Shown: piece by piece, positions 40,201 through 54,364 of the stretch
Position numbering within the stretch: position 1 is the first letter of the stretch
Layout: each line of letters begins with the position of its first letter
Notes under the pieces: model-generated
Seen by the model: only the letters and a program-made list of their open reading frames with translations
Databases searched by the model: none
Told to the model about the DNA's origin: nothing
Position numbers and translations under genes: made by a program
Source: Tubiluchus corallicola
Lineage: Eukaryota > Animalia > Priapulida
DNA length: 64,000 bases
Assembly (NCBI GenBank): GCA_030141605.1
Contig: JAQGDQ010000108.1
Span: 124,001 to 188,000, forward strand
Direction of reading: 5' to 3'

Positions 40201-43200
40201 CGTTTCGTTTATATTTACTCAGCCGCCAACATCAAACAGTCACCAACTAACGTGACGTTACCAGTACTAGCAAATTAGCTACGTTTCGGCAATCGTGATG
40301 GAATGAAAACTCGGAATTTCGGTTTATCTGTGGCGAACTCTATTGTAATCGTGGCATGAGCTAATACAGTAAGAAAAGTAAAATGTAGTTCTAGTTACTT
40401 TTGTAGATTTGAACTGCCTAGTTTTTATATAATTTCAGTACAACAAAATTGAAATTGATAAAAGTCACAAAAATTCCTGTACGATTAATCGAAGATTAAA
40501 GGGCAAAAAATAAACTATATATTGCTTAGGTGATATACAAAAAAGGGTTAATAGTCTGAGCAAAATGTTACAAATAAAAAATATTTACGGTAAACTCTCA
40601 GAAATGATTATTTGACGTATAAAATCATGTGTACCATGTTAATTTTGTGAATGTAATAATGTATTTGTGAAACTGGTTGTGTTATTGCATTTTTCAAATT
40701 TAACAAACAAAGTCAAGATATAGAAATAATTTTGTTTTGTAATTTGTCGCGAAATATGTCAGTTGAAGCAAAGAAAAAAACGAGCAAGGCTATATTAAGT
40801 CAGGCTAATGTTGCATGTACTTTTTTTATAAATGCCAAAAATTTTAGGTTATTTTCTTAAATTTTTTCAGAGATATAGATGTTTTTAATCGACAAGTCAA
40901 AAAATAAGTACCCAAAAAATATTATGTCATTATTGTTCCAGCAAGTGCTCTACGTGGCCATCATTTTCAATGCAAACTAGACGCAGCCGTTTATTCCAAC
41001 AGCTGATGCAACTTCTTACTTCATTAATGGGTACTTGGTCCCACCACTAGAAAATTCTGTTTAAGTCGTACAGGTCGTACAATTTCAGATATGGTAGTCC
41101 AAAAGGTTAAGTCACATTTTCCTTGACAATTAATCTTTGTCAATTTTTTATTTTCCATGATCAAAGGCTTGTTGTAAACTGGTAGTTAATTTATTAATTG
41201 ATTTGTTGTTATGTATTGAGTGCCCTAAATACGTCAACGTGTTTCTTCAATTGTTGCTAATATTATTGAAGTCTAATCTTCAGCACATCTTTTCTGTGCC
41301 ATATAATACGCACTATTATGCATGAAAGAAACTACTAACAATATTGCCATTAAAAAAGCAAAACGCATCCAGACGGACAAAATTTTAGTCTATAACTATA
41401 CTCGGGCGTAATTTATCAAAATAACATCATTCAGTGCAAAATGGTTACAGTAATAATAAACGTTGCAATGATAGGTTGACAAAAAAACAGATACCATCAG
41501 TTCTGTTGTACAGAGAAATTAATTAATTAAGCAATTTTACGCAATTTAAGTATTTTTTGAACTAAAACATAAGGGGAAATTACAAATTTTTAGGCAGAAT
41601 AAACGCTTTAAATTTTAATCATTTAAACTATTTTTATGGAACAATGGCCCCTATTATCTCCTTTAAATCCTTTATATGTTTAATATGTGGTAGACCCTCT
41701 CTTGTCTCAAGAATCATCGTAAAGTGATACAAATGTAAATTCTGTTTACCTATTTATCTATTTCATATGAAATTTTATCCTCAAAAAAGTAGTGGAGTTG
41801 CTCCGTACAGGCTGGAAGAAGTACTGTCTTTTCTTAACACCCTCTACAAAATTGAAGGAATAAAGGTGGCTTCAAGGAGCATTTTTATCCGGAAAAACAA
41901 AAGACCTCGGTTTGAGTGCCAGTAAAGTATAAAATTCAATCATTCTTGTTTACTTTTAAGCATTTAAAATTGTACTTTAAAATTAAATACCACCGAAAAA
42001 ACATCAAATTTTACACTCTTCTTGGAGCTAGGTTAATTTGTTAGTTTTACATGACACTGAGAACTTTCTTGGCGCGTTTGCGCTTGCTGTACGCATTAAT
42101 CTACGCACGCATATAAGCACATAAATTTTGTATGATTATTGTTGTTCACGTCAATGTCCTTGCGATCGGGTTTCCTTCATATTGGAAAGTTTATGCCGTT
42201 CGATACCACATCTTGGCTAACATTGTCATCAAATAAAGCACACCAGCATGCTGCCCGTAACCTAATACGTCCAAATTGATACAAAGCTTTATTTTTATAC
42301 GCATCGAAAAAACCTGAGGTGTGTGCACGATAACAGCTGTGGAAGGCATATAAGAAAAGAATGCGCCCTTTATTGTGCAAAAAGGCTATAAATATGCAGT
42401 TGAGGCAATGAATTTTGCGTTTGGTCAAAATTAAGTTATCATTAACCAAATTGTATGTTAAAAAACATTTCTCTACAAACAGACTCACAGTAATAAATGA
42501 GCACCATCGGCCAAAGAAGTGAGTTGGACACCCATATCCAAATCAAATATAGTATATGTATACTGTGGTTTGCAAATAAACGTAGTAGTGCCTTGTACGC
42601 ACCTTCTTATTCATTTCTTCAACAGTCTTCCCGTATATAATTATATCATCTAGATAAACTAGGAAAATGTTCCACAAAAGACCTCGCAACGCAGATTCTA
42701 TCAATCTTTCGAATATAACAGAAGCACTGCATAAACCAAAGGCATAACCTTGAATAAACCAAAAGGCATAACCTTGAACTGAAATAAACCCTCTCTATGA
42801 TCCTCTATGAAGCGACAAACTATTATTTATACACTTTTATTAACTTGTGTATCTAGCAGTCACATACATATTATGATTAGCCACATATTCTGATAGAGTA
42901 CCTCGACTATATAGTGCTTTTTTCTGGGTCGCTACCAGGTTCTCTATAACGACGTTATACATGAGCGACAAGTACTTACTGCTCAAAAGAAAGAAAATAC
43001 GTGATTTATGCAAATCTTTTTGTACTGTGCTAAACTTTTTGTACGACAGTGGTGTTATAATATTACTTTAATTTACTTCAAGAAAATCGGGCGAGGAATA
43101 CTTGAGTAGTCACAGTGCGTTCTTAGCTGTGATAGTTAAGCTGTGCCGAACCAGCAAAGTAAAAGAATAGGTGATCGTCGGAAAAACTGCTTCTGGTCGG

Positions 43201-44013
43201 TTTCCTCTGCACGTGGCTAGCACATCTCTGATATTAATAGGAGACTCTGTTGCATAGTGGTTTTACTGGCTTGCAATGTGTCGACCTTAAAAACAGTTTT
43301 ACAAATGCAAGTTTCCCATTTCCCTAAGTATATTTAATTCATGTTACACTGCTTCCGAAATATACCGCCAAAGCACCTAGATTGTGAACGCACACAACAT
43401 GGCAACTCATGGCATAGAAAATTAGATCTGTAATTTTAAACCGAATATACGTTTAAATTTCACAAAATTCTAAAACGTACAAGCATAATGTGTTACATCA
43501 AAGCTTTGACTTTGATTTTAACGAAAATGGTCCATTTAATTTTCAACGCCGTGTGTCGATCGGCGCAGTTTACCTCTAGTCTGGAAATTAATGTGATTTT
43601 AGAGACTTTTAAACGTATCATAACATACTTTAGTACAAGCACTAAAATCGACCAAGATGCCTTGCAACATTCTCTAGGCAGCGCGTGTCAAAAAAGTCAT
43701 AATTAGCACATCTTTTCCATCGCATCACACCTTTATGAAACTTTTATAAAATAAAATTGATGTATTTTGCCTTGCCGCCTTTGTTACTAGCCCAGCGCGC
43801 ACCTGTATATGATGCCGGCTCACTTTGAACCAGCGCGTGGTATAGACAAATTTGTTTTTTAATGTTTTTCACGAGTACGTAAGCCAAGTCCATATAGTTG
43901 TAATTATTGTTTTATGGATGGTTGTTACGAAGCTATTATTGCTGGTTAAAAACTGTGAACATGAACGACAAGCGGCTAATGAGATTCGCACCTGCTCAGA
44001 TTAATCATCGCCT

Positions 44014-44262
44014 TATTTGGCTAGTTAAAAACACAAAATGCGCATGGGCAGTAAACAACAGCATTTGGATTCCCTATCTTACATCCCTACAAATGAAGCA
44101 CCCTAGGCAGGGCAGGGTTAAGTCAACCAGAGGCCTTGGGTTAGAAAACATTTTGGGGCCTCTAGTACCTACTGGTGAACAGTTAATAAAACTTATAACC
44201 ACTATTTGGCTAGTGAAAAACACAAAATTCGCATGCGCGGTCAGCATCAACATTTGGATTCC
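44014..44262. repeat. Diverged 60-bp direct repeat (44014-44073, 44203-44262)
   Basis: tatttggctagt.aaaaacacaaaat.cgcatg.gc.gt...ca.ca.catttggattcc twice. Confidence 0.8.
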
Positions 44263-45289
44263 ACCAGATTATTGGTAAACACAGTAATAAATACAGCTTT
44301 TGTCAGCTTTTAGACAGAATCTTGTTCGAGAACAATATATTGTTCAGTTACATCTCAATGATGAGGGTCGCATGAGCCACGGAGCGAGAGACCGCCACGC
44401 CCTGCCCAAATTCCGAAGCCTCGGGCAGTCTCCTTTTAAAATATTATACCGAAGGAAAACACTTACAAATACACTTAAAATAAACTTAATAATAATAAAC
44501 TTAATAACCCATCGACTAAAATCAATGAACCCAAAATCGAAGAAATTTGAAAAAAACTGTGTCAATGTATCGTAAATAAAATCAATTAATTCTAATACGC
44601 ATACATTAAATGTAGTGTTTTATTTAAAATACAAGGAATAATCATTGTCAATTAAAATACATACAAAGATGTTGCTTCATTGAGAAGATAAAAATAAAAA
44701 ATATTAACGTATTTACAATAAAATGATTTAAAACGTCATATATTTAAAAAAAATGACAATTGGATATGATTGCGAACACCGAAGATTTATGATTTATTTG
44801 TCTGCTAAAATACAGTAATACTTGGTTAAAATACAATGACGTTAATTAATCACCAGTTTAACAAAGAGACTGACATGTGCAGTTTATCAATGCTCAGTGG
44901 ATTCTTAAATGTCTAAAATGCTTATTTATACAAAAGTTTGCAATAATAACTTTATTGTTTTAAATTGAAAAACGTCAAGTGACAGAGAACTTTTAACAGG
45001 ACATAGTAAATTTTCCAGTCAATATCACGACAATACTTAATAAATTCCAAGCTTTAACTCATAACTTTAACGTAAACACAACGTAAACGTATGACTGTAC
45101 ACAAAGCAAGCTGTTTTCAATTTTAAAATATTTCCACGGGAAGCTTTTCGAATCCTTCAATAACTATTTTGCGGTAGCTTTTTGATGTAATAAAGTGATT
45201 ATTCTTGCAAATTTCTTCCATATTTTTACTAATTTATCAATGTTGCCTGTATAACTATTACACCACACGAATGAACATTAAACAAGAGG

Positions 45290-45445
45290 GTGATTTCGAG
45301 CTTAAAATATGGATTATACGGTAGCTTCTTAGAAACCACATTCGGTATGCGATAACACAAGGTCTGAAAGGCTTAGTATAGTGTGTGGAGTTCCACAGGA
45401 GTTAATATTAGGCCCATTATTGCTTCTACTATATATAAATGACAG
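45290..45445 (+). mobile_element. LINE reverse transcriptase remnant
   Basis: CGVPQELILGPLLLLLYIND matches the RT motif GVPQGSILGPLLFLLYIND of CR1/L2-type elements. Confidence 0.75.
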
Positions 45446-48400
45446 CTTGTTTTTTCTTGAACTGATTTATTTAAGAATGGAACATGAAGTAGCAAAGCAA
45501 ATTTATCACTATTATGCATATACACGTTTTATATTTTATATTTTGTACACTCACTTATTCAATTATGTGTGTAGTTATGTTTACGTACATACAGTTGCGT
45601 TTTTCATACATGCTAATTTAAGTGAAAAATTAACAAAAATTTTTACTACTGATTATTTGTGCAAAAAGTGCAAAGATTGCAAAAGTTCCGATTTAGATAT
45701 AGGTCTTTTTTCTTTATTAACTTTACCGGCACCAAAATCGCTATCAAATCGCTATCCCATAGCATCTTCATTTATGCTTTATTGCACAACAGAAAACAGA
45801 AAGCACTGTTTAGGTTTATGGTCGATCAGTTTTATGACGTGATAATTACAGTAACCAGGACAGTTACTATTCGCTTGTGCCACATATATGTGCGCATAAA
45901 AATTGATATGGAAATGTGGTGTGGACAATGGCATGACTATAGAGTTTGCAAGATATATATATCTTATAACTAATTTGGCTATGAAAATTCATTATGTCTG
46001 ATTTGCAATACGTTTGTATAGTAAAGTTACAAGACAGTTTATGCAATGAAAAGGATTGGTAATCTACGTAATGACATTTATTTAAAAATGTTAACGACTG
46101 TTGACACAACTGTGCTGTCATGTTTAGCGATGAAACTCTTCGGAGCAAATCGCTTAAGAGTCAGACGCATCTCCTCCTACAGGGCTAGTTGTACAATATC
46201 TATGTCATGTTTTACGGTATTTCCATAAGATTGGGTAATTTGCATGCATACAGGGCGACTACACCCCGCCTAGTAATAGCTTCTGTGTGATGCCGCCGAA
46301 GGCGTGGTGAAAAGCCAAGTCTCGGGAAAGTAGTACTGAAGATCGTCATTTGATGCAAAGAAAATTACAACTTTTTAGATTAAGGCACGACTAGTAACTA
46401 CTTTAACCTAAGCCACGAATTAAATTTTGCTGGTACAACCATTTCTTGGTAATGATAAAAGTGAACTTAATTAAAAAAAGTTGAGCAAGCCTTGTAGCAT
46501 TTACGTAATTGTGCTATTTCGGTTAAAGTGGCTGTGTCGCCTGAATATAAAAAAATTCATAATAGACTGTAGTTAGATCATTGCTTTGACATAATAACTT
46601 AATAGTCAAAAGCTAAACTTTGAAACTCTTTAACATACGTAATTTTGATTGCCCGCCTTTCTTATCTGAGACGTATTCTTCAACTAGAACTTTTACGCGT
46701 ACTTTAAAATGATTGCCGCAAAAGTAACTACTAACTAAAATATTAGATCAATAGAATATAGGATTAGTTCATTTTAGAAAAACTATGCTTGGTGCTAAAG
46801 TTTTGCAATGCTGATTTACGTTATTGCAAAAACGTAAGTACCAAGTTACTTGGTTGGTACTGCATGGCTCTCTAAGTTTTCATTTCCAAACTCTCCGTGC
46901 AGCCACTCTGACTGTGGTGCAGAAGGAATCAGATACCTGAAAGATAAGATGGAAGACAAGATAAGTAAATTGGATCAGTGCGTTGGTATGTGTATTGTAC
47001 AATCCTCTGATTTTTACAGAGATAACATCGCCCCCTTATTGTTTTAGGCGTGAGAAACTTGAGAATGTTTCCACAAAGTCACTACACGCAAAATTAGCTA
47101 ATTTTGTAAGGGGATATGCTTTGTACAGGGTAACCATCTGGGTGGTACATGGGCGGATTCTTTACACTGATGTTTGACGCCTTCGTCTGATGATAGTTGC
47201 GTCATCATTACGCCACTTTAATCGCGCGCTCGCTATTTGGAAAATAGTCCACTGGATTCAGAAGCGCCGGGACTACGATTTCTTGAACACATTCAAACTT
47301 CCAAAGATATTCAGCACAGCCAATTGATGATGATGATTAATCCTTTATTTTACAATATATATTTTCATCAATTGGCCTCTAGTTGCTGGCAAAGTTCTAA
47401 TTTAATTATAAGTTCACCTTTAATAGTACAACGTTAAATAAATGTATAGCTGATACAATGTTACCAAGATGTCAAAACTTATGATCAGAAAATATACTTG
47501 TCAAAAATTATATAACCAGAAAAACAACAGGCACATCTAAATGATTATGGCATGATATGACAAAAACCACCAAAGAACTCATATTGTCAAATGTCGAAAT
47601 TCTACTGGCAGGGTGATAGAAACCAAAACAAAGAGATTAACATGAATTTTAAATAATGCAGCAGGGTAGACGCTAACTAATTTTGTGTTTGTCCTGGCAT
47701 TGTCTCTAAGTAACTCACCCATGCGTTGAACGCTTCCGAATGCTTTAAATATAGCACGACCTCAACGAGTTATTATCATTGGTTAAAAAGATTATTTCTG
47801 TTTATGTATTGAGCTAGAACCCTGCAGACTCGTCAACGAAGAACTTGCGGCGTTAACACGCATAATGTGCCACAGTTAATTGAGAAAAATCGCCTTAAAA
47901 ATTATATTATTTTGTAGCAATTTTATGCACATGTCGTACTAGCGCTAAAAGGAATTTTTGTTTGCTTTCATTTTAAATCTCCCGCAATACTGTTCCGAAG
48001 TCGCCATTACATGTTGTCACTACGCAAACTTAAATCAGGGGAAGAAAAGGCAGTGTTAAATAAAGTCCAAAAAAACTTTCCACGTAAATCTATATTACTT
48101 AGCTTTTCGCTTACCTGCTGGAAAGACTTATGTAACTAGAAAAGAAATTTTTTAATTATTTAAAGTGTTTTCACCAATTGGTAAAATGTCGCTGACTCAA
48201 CCTGCAGGGTGCATCACTCACTAACCAAAAACGTATTTTTAATCATATTGACAAGATACAGTAATTTAAAATTTTACTCAGTTAGTGACGTGTGCACTAC
48301 GATGCTCTGATTATTTTTTAAAAGTTTACACAATGTTGTCTAAACTTGTTTCAAATGACCTGTCGTCAAGATGGCTGCCTCTAGCGGTCATCGCGGGAGT

Positions 48401-49979
48401 TTAAATTTACATGTTTTATACAGCGTGAATGTCGACGGAATTCCTACATGTAAAAAAGCAGTATGTAAGTGATATAAAATTTCAAGACAAATTTTTTAAG
48501 CTTTACGTTTATGAAGGGTTTTCTTGTGCTTTAAGATTTTTTGGCGGGCTTGTGCTGCTCAGACGTAACAGTGATGAATACAGAGCAACATGCATGGCGT
48601 ACACTTACCAAGAAACGTAAATCATTTCTGTGTGGCTGCACCGAGCCGACAACAATGGCCACAAAACCAACATACACGTCGCGTTGTCATTACGAGGTAA
48701 TTTCAGAGTAATAAATTTGTCCCGGGTGCAGGGTCTATAATACGCCGCTGTCCCGAGGCGAAAAACACTAGAGATTTCCCTTGGGTCAAAAAAGGAAAAG
48801 GTAGCTTTTAAAACGATGCAAATTTGTCGATTAATATGACTAAATATCAGTCTGTCTTTATTGATAAATTAAGACTCTGATGTTCAAGCTCATTACACGC
48901 GGCTTTTATATGCAAACAGTTTTATTAGTTGTAGCTGTTTACGGACGTTGATACCAATGTATTGTATAAATGCATTTAAGTGAAAAGAAACACTATACTT
49001 CAACATAACATTTCTTCATTTTCATGGGAAGGATGCATACAACTGTTGCTTGTCGATAATTTTTACAGCTGACCATTAACTACGTCACACAAAGCGAGCC
49101 ATTGCAAAAGAAAATGGAAATGGAAGTGGAAATAGCGAGGGCAGGTGTGAAACTAACAACTGCAGGTAAATGATGTCGTCAGATAATCCGCAAAACCTGT
49201 TACGTCTTCCGCAACGTTTCCATCAAAATTTTTTTTCATCATTAAATCATCCTTAATAATAAGGTGTGGCCTGTATGTGTCCAAGCTACGTTCCAGGAGA
49301 AGGAATATTATTGGAAGTTGGAAATTTCTGTTGATACTTTGCTTTTTAAGTTTTAATGAGCACCGCTTATGAGCCGTTTATATACTATGCATATACTACA
49401 TTACGGCATGTAAAAAATTTCACATTCCTATTTCAGACTGTGAGACTGATAAAAATTACATATAACCTTTTAGAAAATGATGCCTATTTTCATGAAAAAG
49501 TGTCGCGCTCCCCCTTCTCCCCTTGAACCATATCTTCGAATATAGTTACATTTGGAGTAAGAGGTGTATCCAGTTGATGCCAATTGGGCTTTCATCGTTT
49601 GAATTGAATTTATAGAACTATCCTGAAGCTAAAAAAACTAAAACTATAAAGGGATGTTAGATAAAAGTAAGCTTGTAAAATGTAACGGTCCTTCGAATGC
49701 TTGACAGAATTACAACAGCTTTGAGTTGTGTAAAGTAATATATTTAGAGATAGCCAGTATTTTCATTTTGGAATTTAGTTTGAAGCACAAAATCTTTTAA
49801 GGTCTGTTTCAGACATTGCACGGACATATGAATTTAAACGCGTTAGAATAAATTTACGCGACGCAATTAATTTCAAAAAATACATAGTGCGCACGTAAAA
49901 TTGTATAAAAAAATCAATCTGAAATCTGTTTGTATGTACTACATTTTCATCTGTGTTATTCCACATATATATATATATC

Positions 49980-50078
49980 TGTGTGTGTATGTGTGCGTGT
50001 GCGTGTGTGTGTGTGTGTGTGCGTGTGTGTGTGAGCGCGCGTGTGCGTGCGTGGGCGTGTGCGCGCGCGCGTGTGTGT
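49980..50078. repeat. (GT/GC)n alternating purine-pyrimidine tract
   Basis: Directly visible. Confidence 0.9.
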
Positions 50079-50233
50079 ATATATCTTTTACATGTCTATA
50101 CTTTAAGACAATTTTAGGCCTTCTCTACAAATGAACAAATATCTTAAACTGCAGCGTAAAAATATCAATAAGTTTTAAACAATAATTACTTTTTGCAGAC
50201 TCACTTTTCGGTATTAGTCAGATTATTTATTTG

Positions 50234-50298
50234 TTCATTCATTCATTCATTCATTCATTCATTCATTCATTCATTCATTCATTCATTCATTCATTCAT
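50234..50298. repeat. (TTCA)n microsatellite
   Basis: Directly visible. Confidence 0.95.
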
Positions 50299-52065
50299 TT
50301 GTCTATGTAATATCATCTTCGACGGTATTTCTAATATGAACTTTTCACACCAGAAAAGAAGGAGATTAGATATGGGAGGATTCACGTAGGTCGTATAAAC
50401 AAAGAATAATATTGTTTTGTAAAATCGAAACACCTACTTTTATAATTTACGAATGCTAAGTTTAGTAGTTTGGTAATTTTCCGGAATTAATTTAATCAGA
50501 TTATTCAGCGACGTGTAAAAATCCTGGGTTGCATTTCAACCATTTCTAAAGCTTCTTTTACACTTGTACGGCTATCCTAATTAAAAAGGTAAAATGAGAT
50601 AACATGAGTGTTTTTGTTCGATCTCAATTAGCAACAAAACCAATGTTCTGTGTTTACTGGTTTTCAATTTTATGAAGACCGTTCAACACTAAATATGTAA
50701 GTTTTTGACTCACGGTAAAATATGTTGCATATTGATGATCTAGAGTTAGAAACACAAAAATCACTATAAAAATAAGCAAACAGTTTCAGCACAACATGTA
50801 ATGCACAGATATCAATTTCTCTGTCATAAAATTTAAAAAAAATCATGAATATTTTAAAATGTGAGATTAATAAGCATAAACTCGTTTGTCGCGTTCAAAA
50901 AGTCACAATATCAAAAGAAAGAGAGGGGACAACGTGGGTAAAGGATTGGCATGCGCCACGTGGTGATTAATTTCTATCATCAACTTGTACCGCATATCCT
51001 TGAGACCATGTAAAGATTTATTATAACCATAACTCGTCTATTGATGAACCTAAAATCATGCCGCGTTTCTCTCTAGCATCTCAATGAATTAGTCGCCCAA
51101 GAACTGGCGAACAAAACGCCGTAAAAATTTGTAAAGCGAAGTTGTAAAAGTTACGTATCTTCATGCGACATCGCCTTAAGGAAACGGACAACCACAGAGA
51201 AAAAGACATTTTTTCCTCGGTGTCATTTTCTACAAGTAATAATCATCCTATCGGTTATTTTGTCAGTATGTTTTTCCATTTCTTATTTGCAGAGTTGTGG
51301 GTTTTGGCTGACGATAAATGTGACACCCTGCGGTTCTTTTTCGCTACATGTCTCGTTTGGGATAAACTTGCAAAAACGCCTTAACTCGAAGGTCGATCAC
51401 GAACAATTTGAAATGTGTGAGATGTCTTTATTTCTTCATCCGGTTGTAAAAAATTATGCTTTGCCAGTAAAAATCACAAATTTTCACATTTACTTGGCAA
51501 GAAAGCGCGAATTATCGACAAAAACTCACAAAGTCATAAACTAATATATATTACCTCGCATAATACATATAGGTCTATTTCTACATTCCAAGTTTCCTTA
51601 TTAATATTTGCAGCTAAAATGCATAATAAAATTTCTTTTAATGATAGGCGGCTAGAGACGGTAAATTTTAAATTCACTGGAATGTACTAACTTTGAGAAA
51701 GCGGATCACACTTAGGTTTTACATCACACTAAATACTGATATCTTCTCTTGGTTAGCTGTGCTATAAGATAAAGTCATCTGCCAGTGGATCTTACGTGTC
51801 GAGCCACGTTGCTTGTAAAAGACTAATTGTCAAGTCAGAATATGTAGTATTACAGTTTTTTATGATCTTCTAGAGGAAAAGCCGTAATCGTAATGGTTTA
51901 AAAACATTTGTCTTAAATTCTCTTAGTTTATCTAAATTAATAATTTTGCTATTCTAGTCCAGGATTTCCAACATTTCGCATTACCCAGCGTGCAATTTAA
52001 TTTTTAAATCGCTTTTGCACGACAATTGACTATTGCCGATATTAGTTTGTAATGTGAACGTACCC

Positions 52066-52674
52066 TTAACGGAATACAGGATGGTTTTTCATATAATACC
52101 TCATTTTCAAGTCCGATGGGAAGTATACATTTTAGCACAATTAATACTGCAAAAGCGTTTCTGATAATAAAATAATAGATTAAAGAACCCAACTATTGAT
52201 GACATCACAAACTAATGTAATTTTCAACAGCAAAAATATTCCACGAGCCTGTTGCACGTGTGTGTGAAAGCGAAAATTGAAATACAGTGCTTCTGTAAGA
52301 TATTCAGTGTGTTGTACTAAAACTAGGCAAGCTTAGGATAAGAATTCAAATTTCAAATTTAACTGCTGTGCTCACACATGAGCTGTCAAACGTGTGTAGT
52401 TCGTCACAAACTAACATATTTGAACTGAGAGGTACAGCATGTTTTTTGTGCAACGCTTTCCGAAATGCAGGCGCTAGTGCCCGTCTAACTAGTGAAATGG
52501 CGAAATACATGTAACAGCGAAGAATTATAGGGGTACGGAGGTGAAATGTGTTTGTGTGGCAATAATTCTTTCACGTAAGTCATTCTTTTAAAAAAATACT
52601 ATGTTTCCTTTCAATATGTTAAAGAGTAGATTGTTTTGACATACAGTTTAAAATTGAATCCGGTTTTGATTTAG
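52066..52674 (-). mobile_element. TTAA-MITE copy D between the Six genes
   Basis: Full-length reverse complement of copy A (TTAA cggaatacaggatg ... tccggttttga tTTAG). Confidence 0.8.
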
Positions 52675-53369
52675 CGTAATAGAGTCAAGCTCAAAAGGCA
52701 AAATCTCACGCCATCAACTCCCAGTCTCAATACAACGTTCACTATCGTACTCATCGGATTATCCAAACACTAATTCTACTCAATGGCCAACATCAACAAT
52801 GCGCGCACTTTTCACATATTGCCTTTGAAATTAGCAAGCCGATCATAGTGTCTTTGAAATTAGCAAATTGGTTTACGCGTAATTAGGCGTGAAAACCAAA
52901 TTCCCGAAACATAAATCTTCATAAAAGCGCGGGTATTGACTTTTGTTTGATTTCAAAAATGATTCTTATCAATAACAATTTATTTCTCTTCTACTGATAA
53001 AGCAAGGTGTTCTGAAATACCTTGAACTGCACGCAGTTTACCGAACTCTCATGATATGCCCAGTTTATAACAGTGACGGTGCTTTTTTTATTGGTTTATT
53101 AAGAGGGTAACGAAAGATGGTCACTATGCAACTATATAGTTTCTGTTTATAACGCATATACGTTTTCTCAATCGACAGATGGACAAAAAACAAGCAAGCC
53201 TTGGCAGTGTAACAAAATCCTCCGAATCCTTGCCACCTCCATACTACAGGCAGTCTGTGGCGCCTTGTGAAAGAAGAGAGCAGATTTGGTTACAGTCGAT
53301 GAATACTCAGCGTTTTGGCAGGACTGTGGGAGATAAACCGACGTCTTGAGACTTAGTTTTGGTGGGTTT

Positions 53370-54364
53370 TAATTCGGATAAATGTCTGTGACCATCCCTT
53401 GGAATCACATTGAGTCATTTATAAATTGCAATCACAGAAGTATTGCTTAAATATTTTTGGTTTGGCACTGATAGTACTACACCGATGTAGTACTACTAAT
53501 TAATGCAAACTGTGTGAAAGCCTTCTACACACACCAATTGCAAGCTCTCTAGTAAAAATGAAATACAGTAGGGGCAAGAAAATGAACGCATGAATTGTCA
53601 GTCCTATTATCACAATAAGATCAGCCTTTTTTCTGTGAAACCAGAAGTTTTTCTATCTTAATAAATAAATGTTTAATTTAGTAAATGATTTTGAATATCA
53701 ATGAAAAGTGCCAAAAAAGTTTGTCATAACAAATTTAAATTAGGCCTACCGAATATGTAATTTATGTAATTTACAACAGAGCTACACCTACAGATACACA
53801 CACGCACGCACGCGCACACACACACGCACACACACACACACACGCACACACACACACACTACACTTCCAAATTGACATGAAAATGCCAGAAACAAATGGG
53901 ATTATGATTGGCAGCCTCGGAGAATATGGGAAACCACTTCTCCACTTCTTTGTCTCTCTGAACACAGAGTTGTCATAAAACTTGTTCGGTTTGTACGTGG
54001 TTATCTCCAATTGGTATCTGGTCACTTATAGCTGGTCAAATTGTTGCTAGAAAAGAAGAAGAGAGAAAGCTGGGTCAAGTTAGCTGGTACAGGCTCATCG
54101 TGACAGGACTGACAATTCATGCGTTCATTTTCTTGCCCCTACCGTATTTCATTTTTACTAGAAAGAGCTTGCAATTGGTGTATATAGAAGGGTTTCACAC
54201 AGTTTGCATTAATTAGTAGTACTACATCGGTGTAGTACTATCAGTATCAAACCAAAAATATTTAAGCAATACTTCTGTGATTGCAATTTATAAATGACTC
54301 AATGTGAGTCCAAGCTCACGGACATTTATCCGAATTATGTGGTCACGGACATTTATCCGAATTA
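53370..54364. repeat. Long inverted repeat, arms ~53370-53627 and ~54091-54364
   Basis: 53401-53605 is a near-exact reverse complement of 54106-54311; similarity extends to aattcggataaatgtctgtgacca / tggtcacggacatttatccgaatt. Confidence 0.92.
53897..54215 (+). pseudogene. Intronless, frameshifted fragment of an SLC1A / excitatory amino acid transporter
   Basis: Translates (with frameshifts) to GIMIGSLGEYGKPLLHFFVSLN / VVIKLVRFV / LSPIGIWSLIAGQIV...IVTGLTIHAFIFLPLPYFIFTRK, matching the SLC1A TM5-TM6 pattern (W.SP.GI..LI.G.I; GL.IH..I.LPL.YF..TRKNP). Confidence 0.85.
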
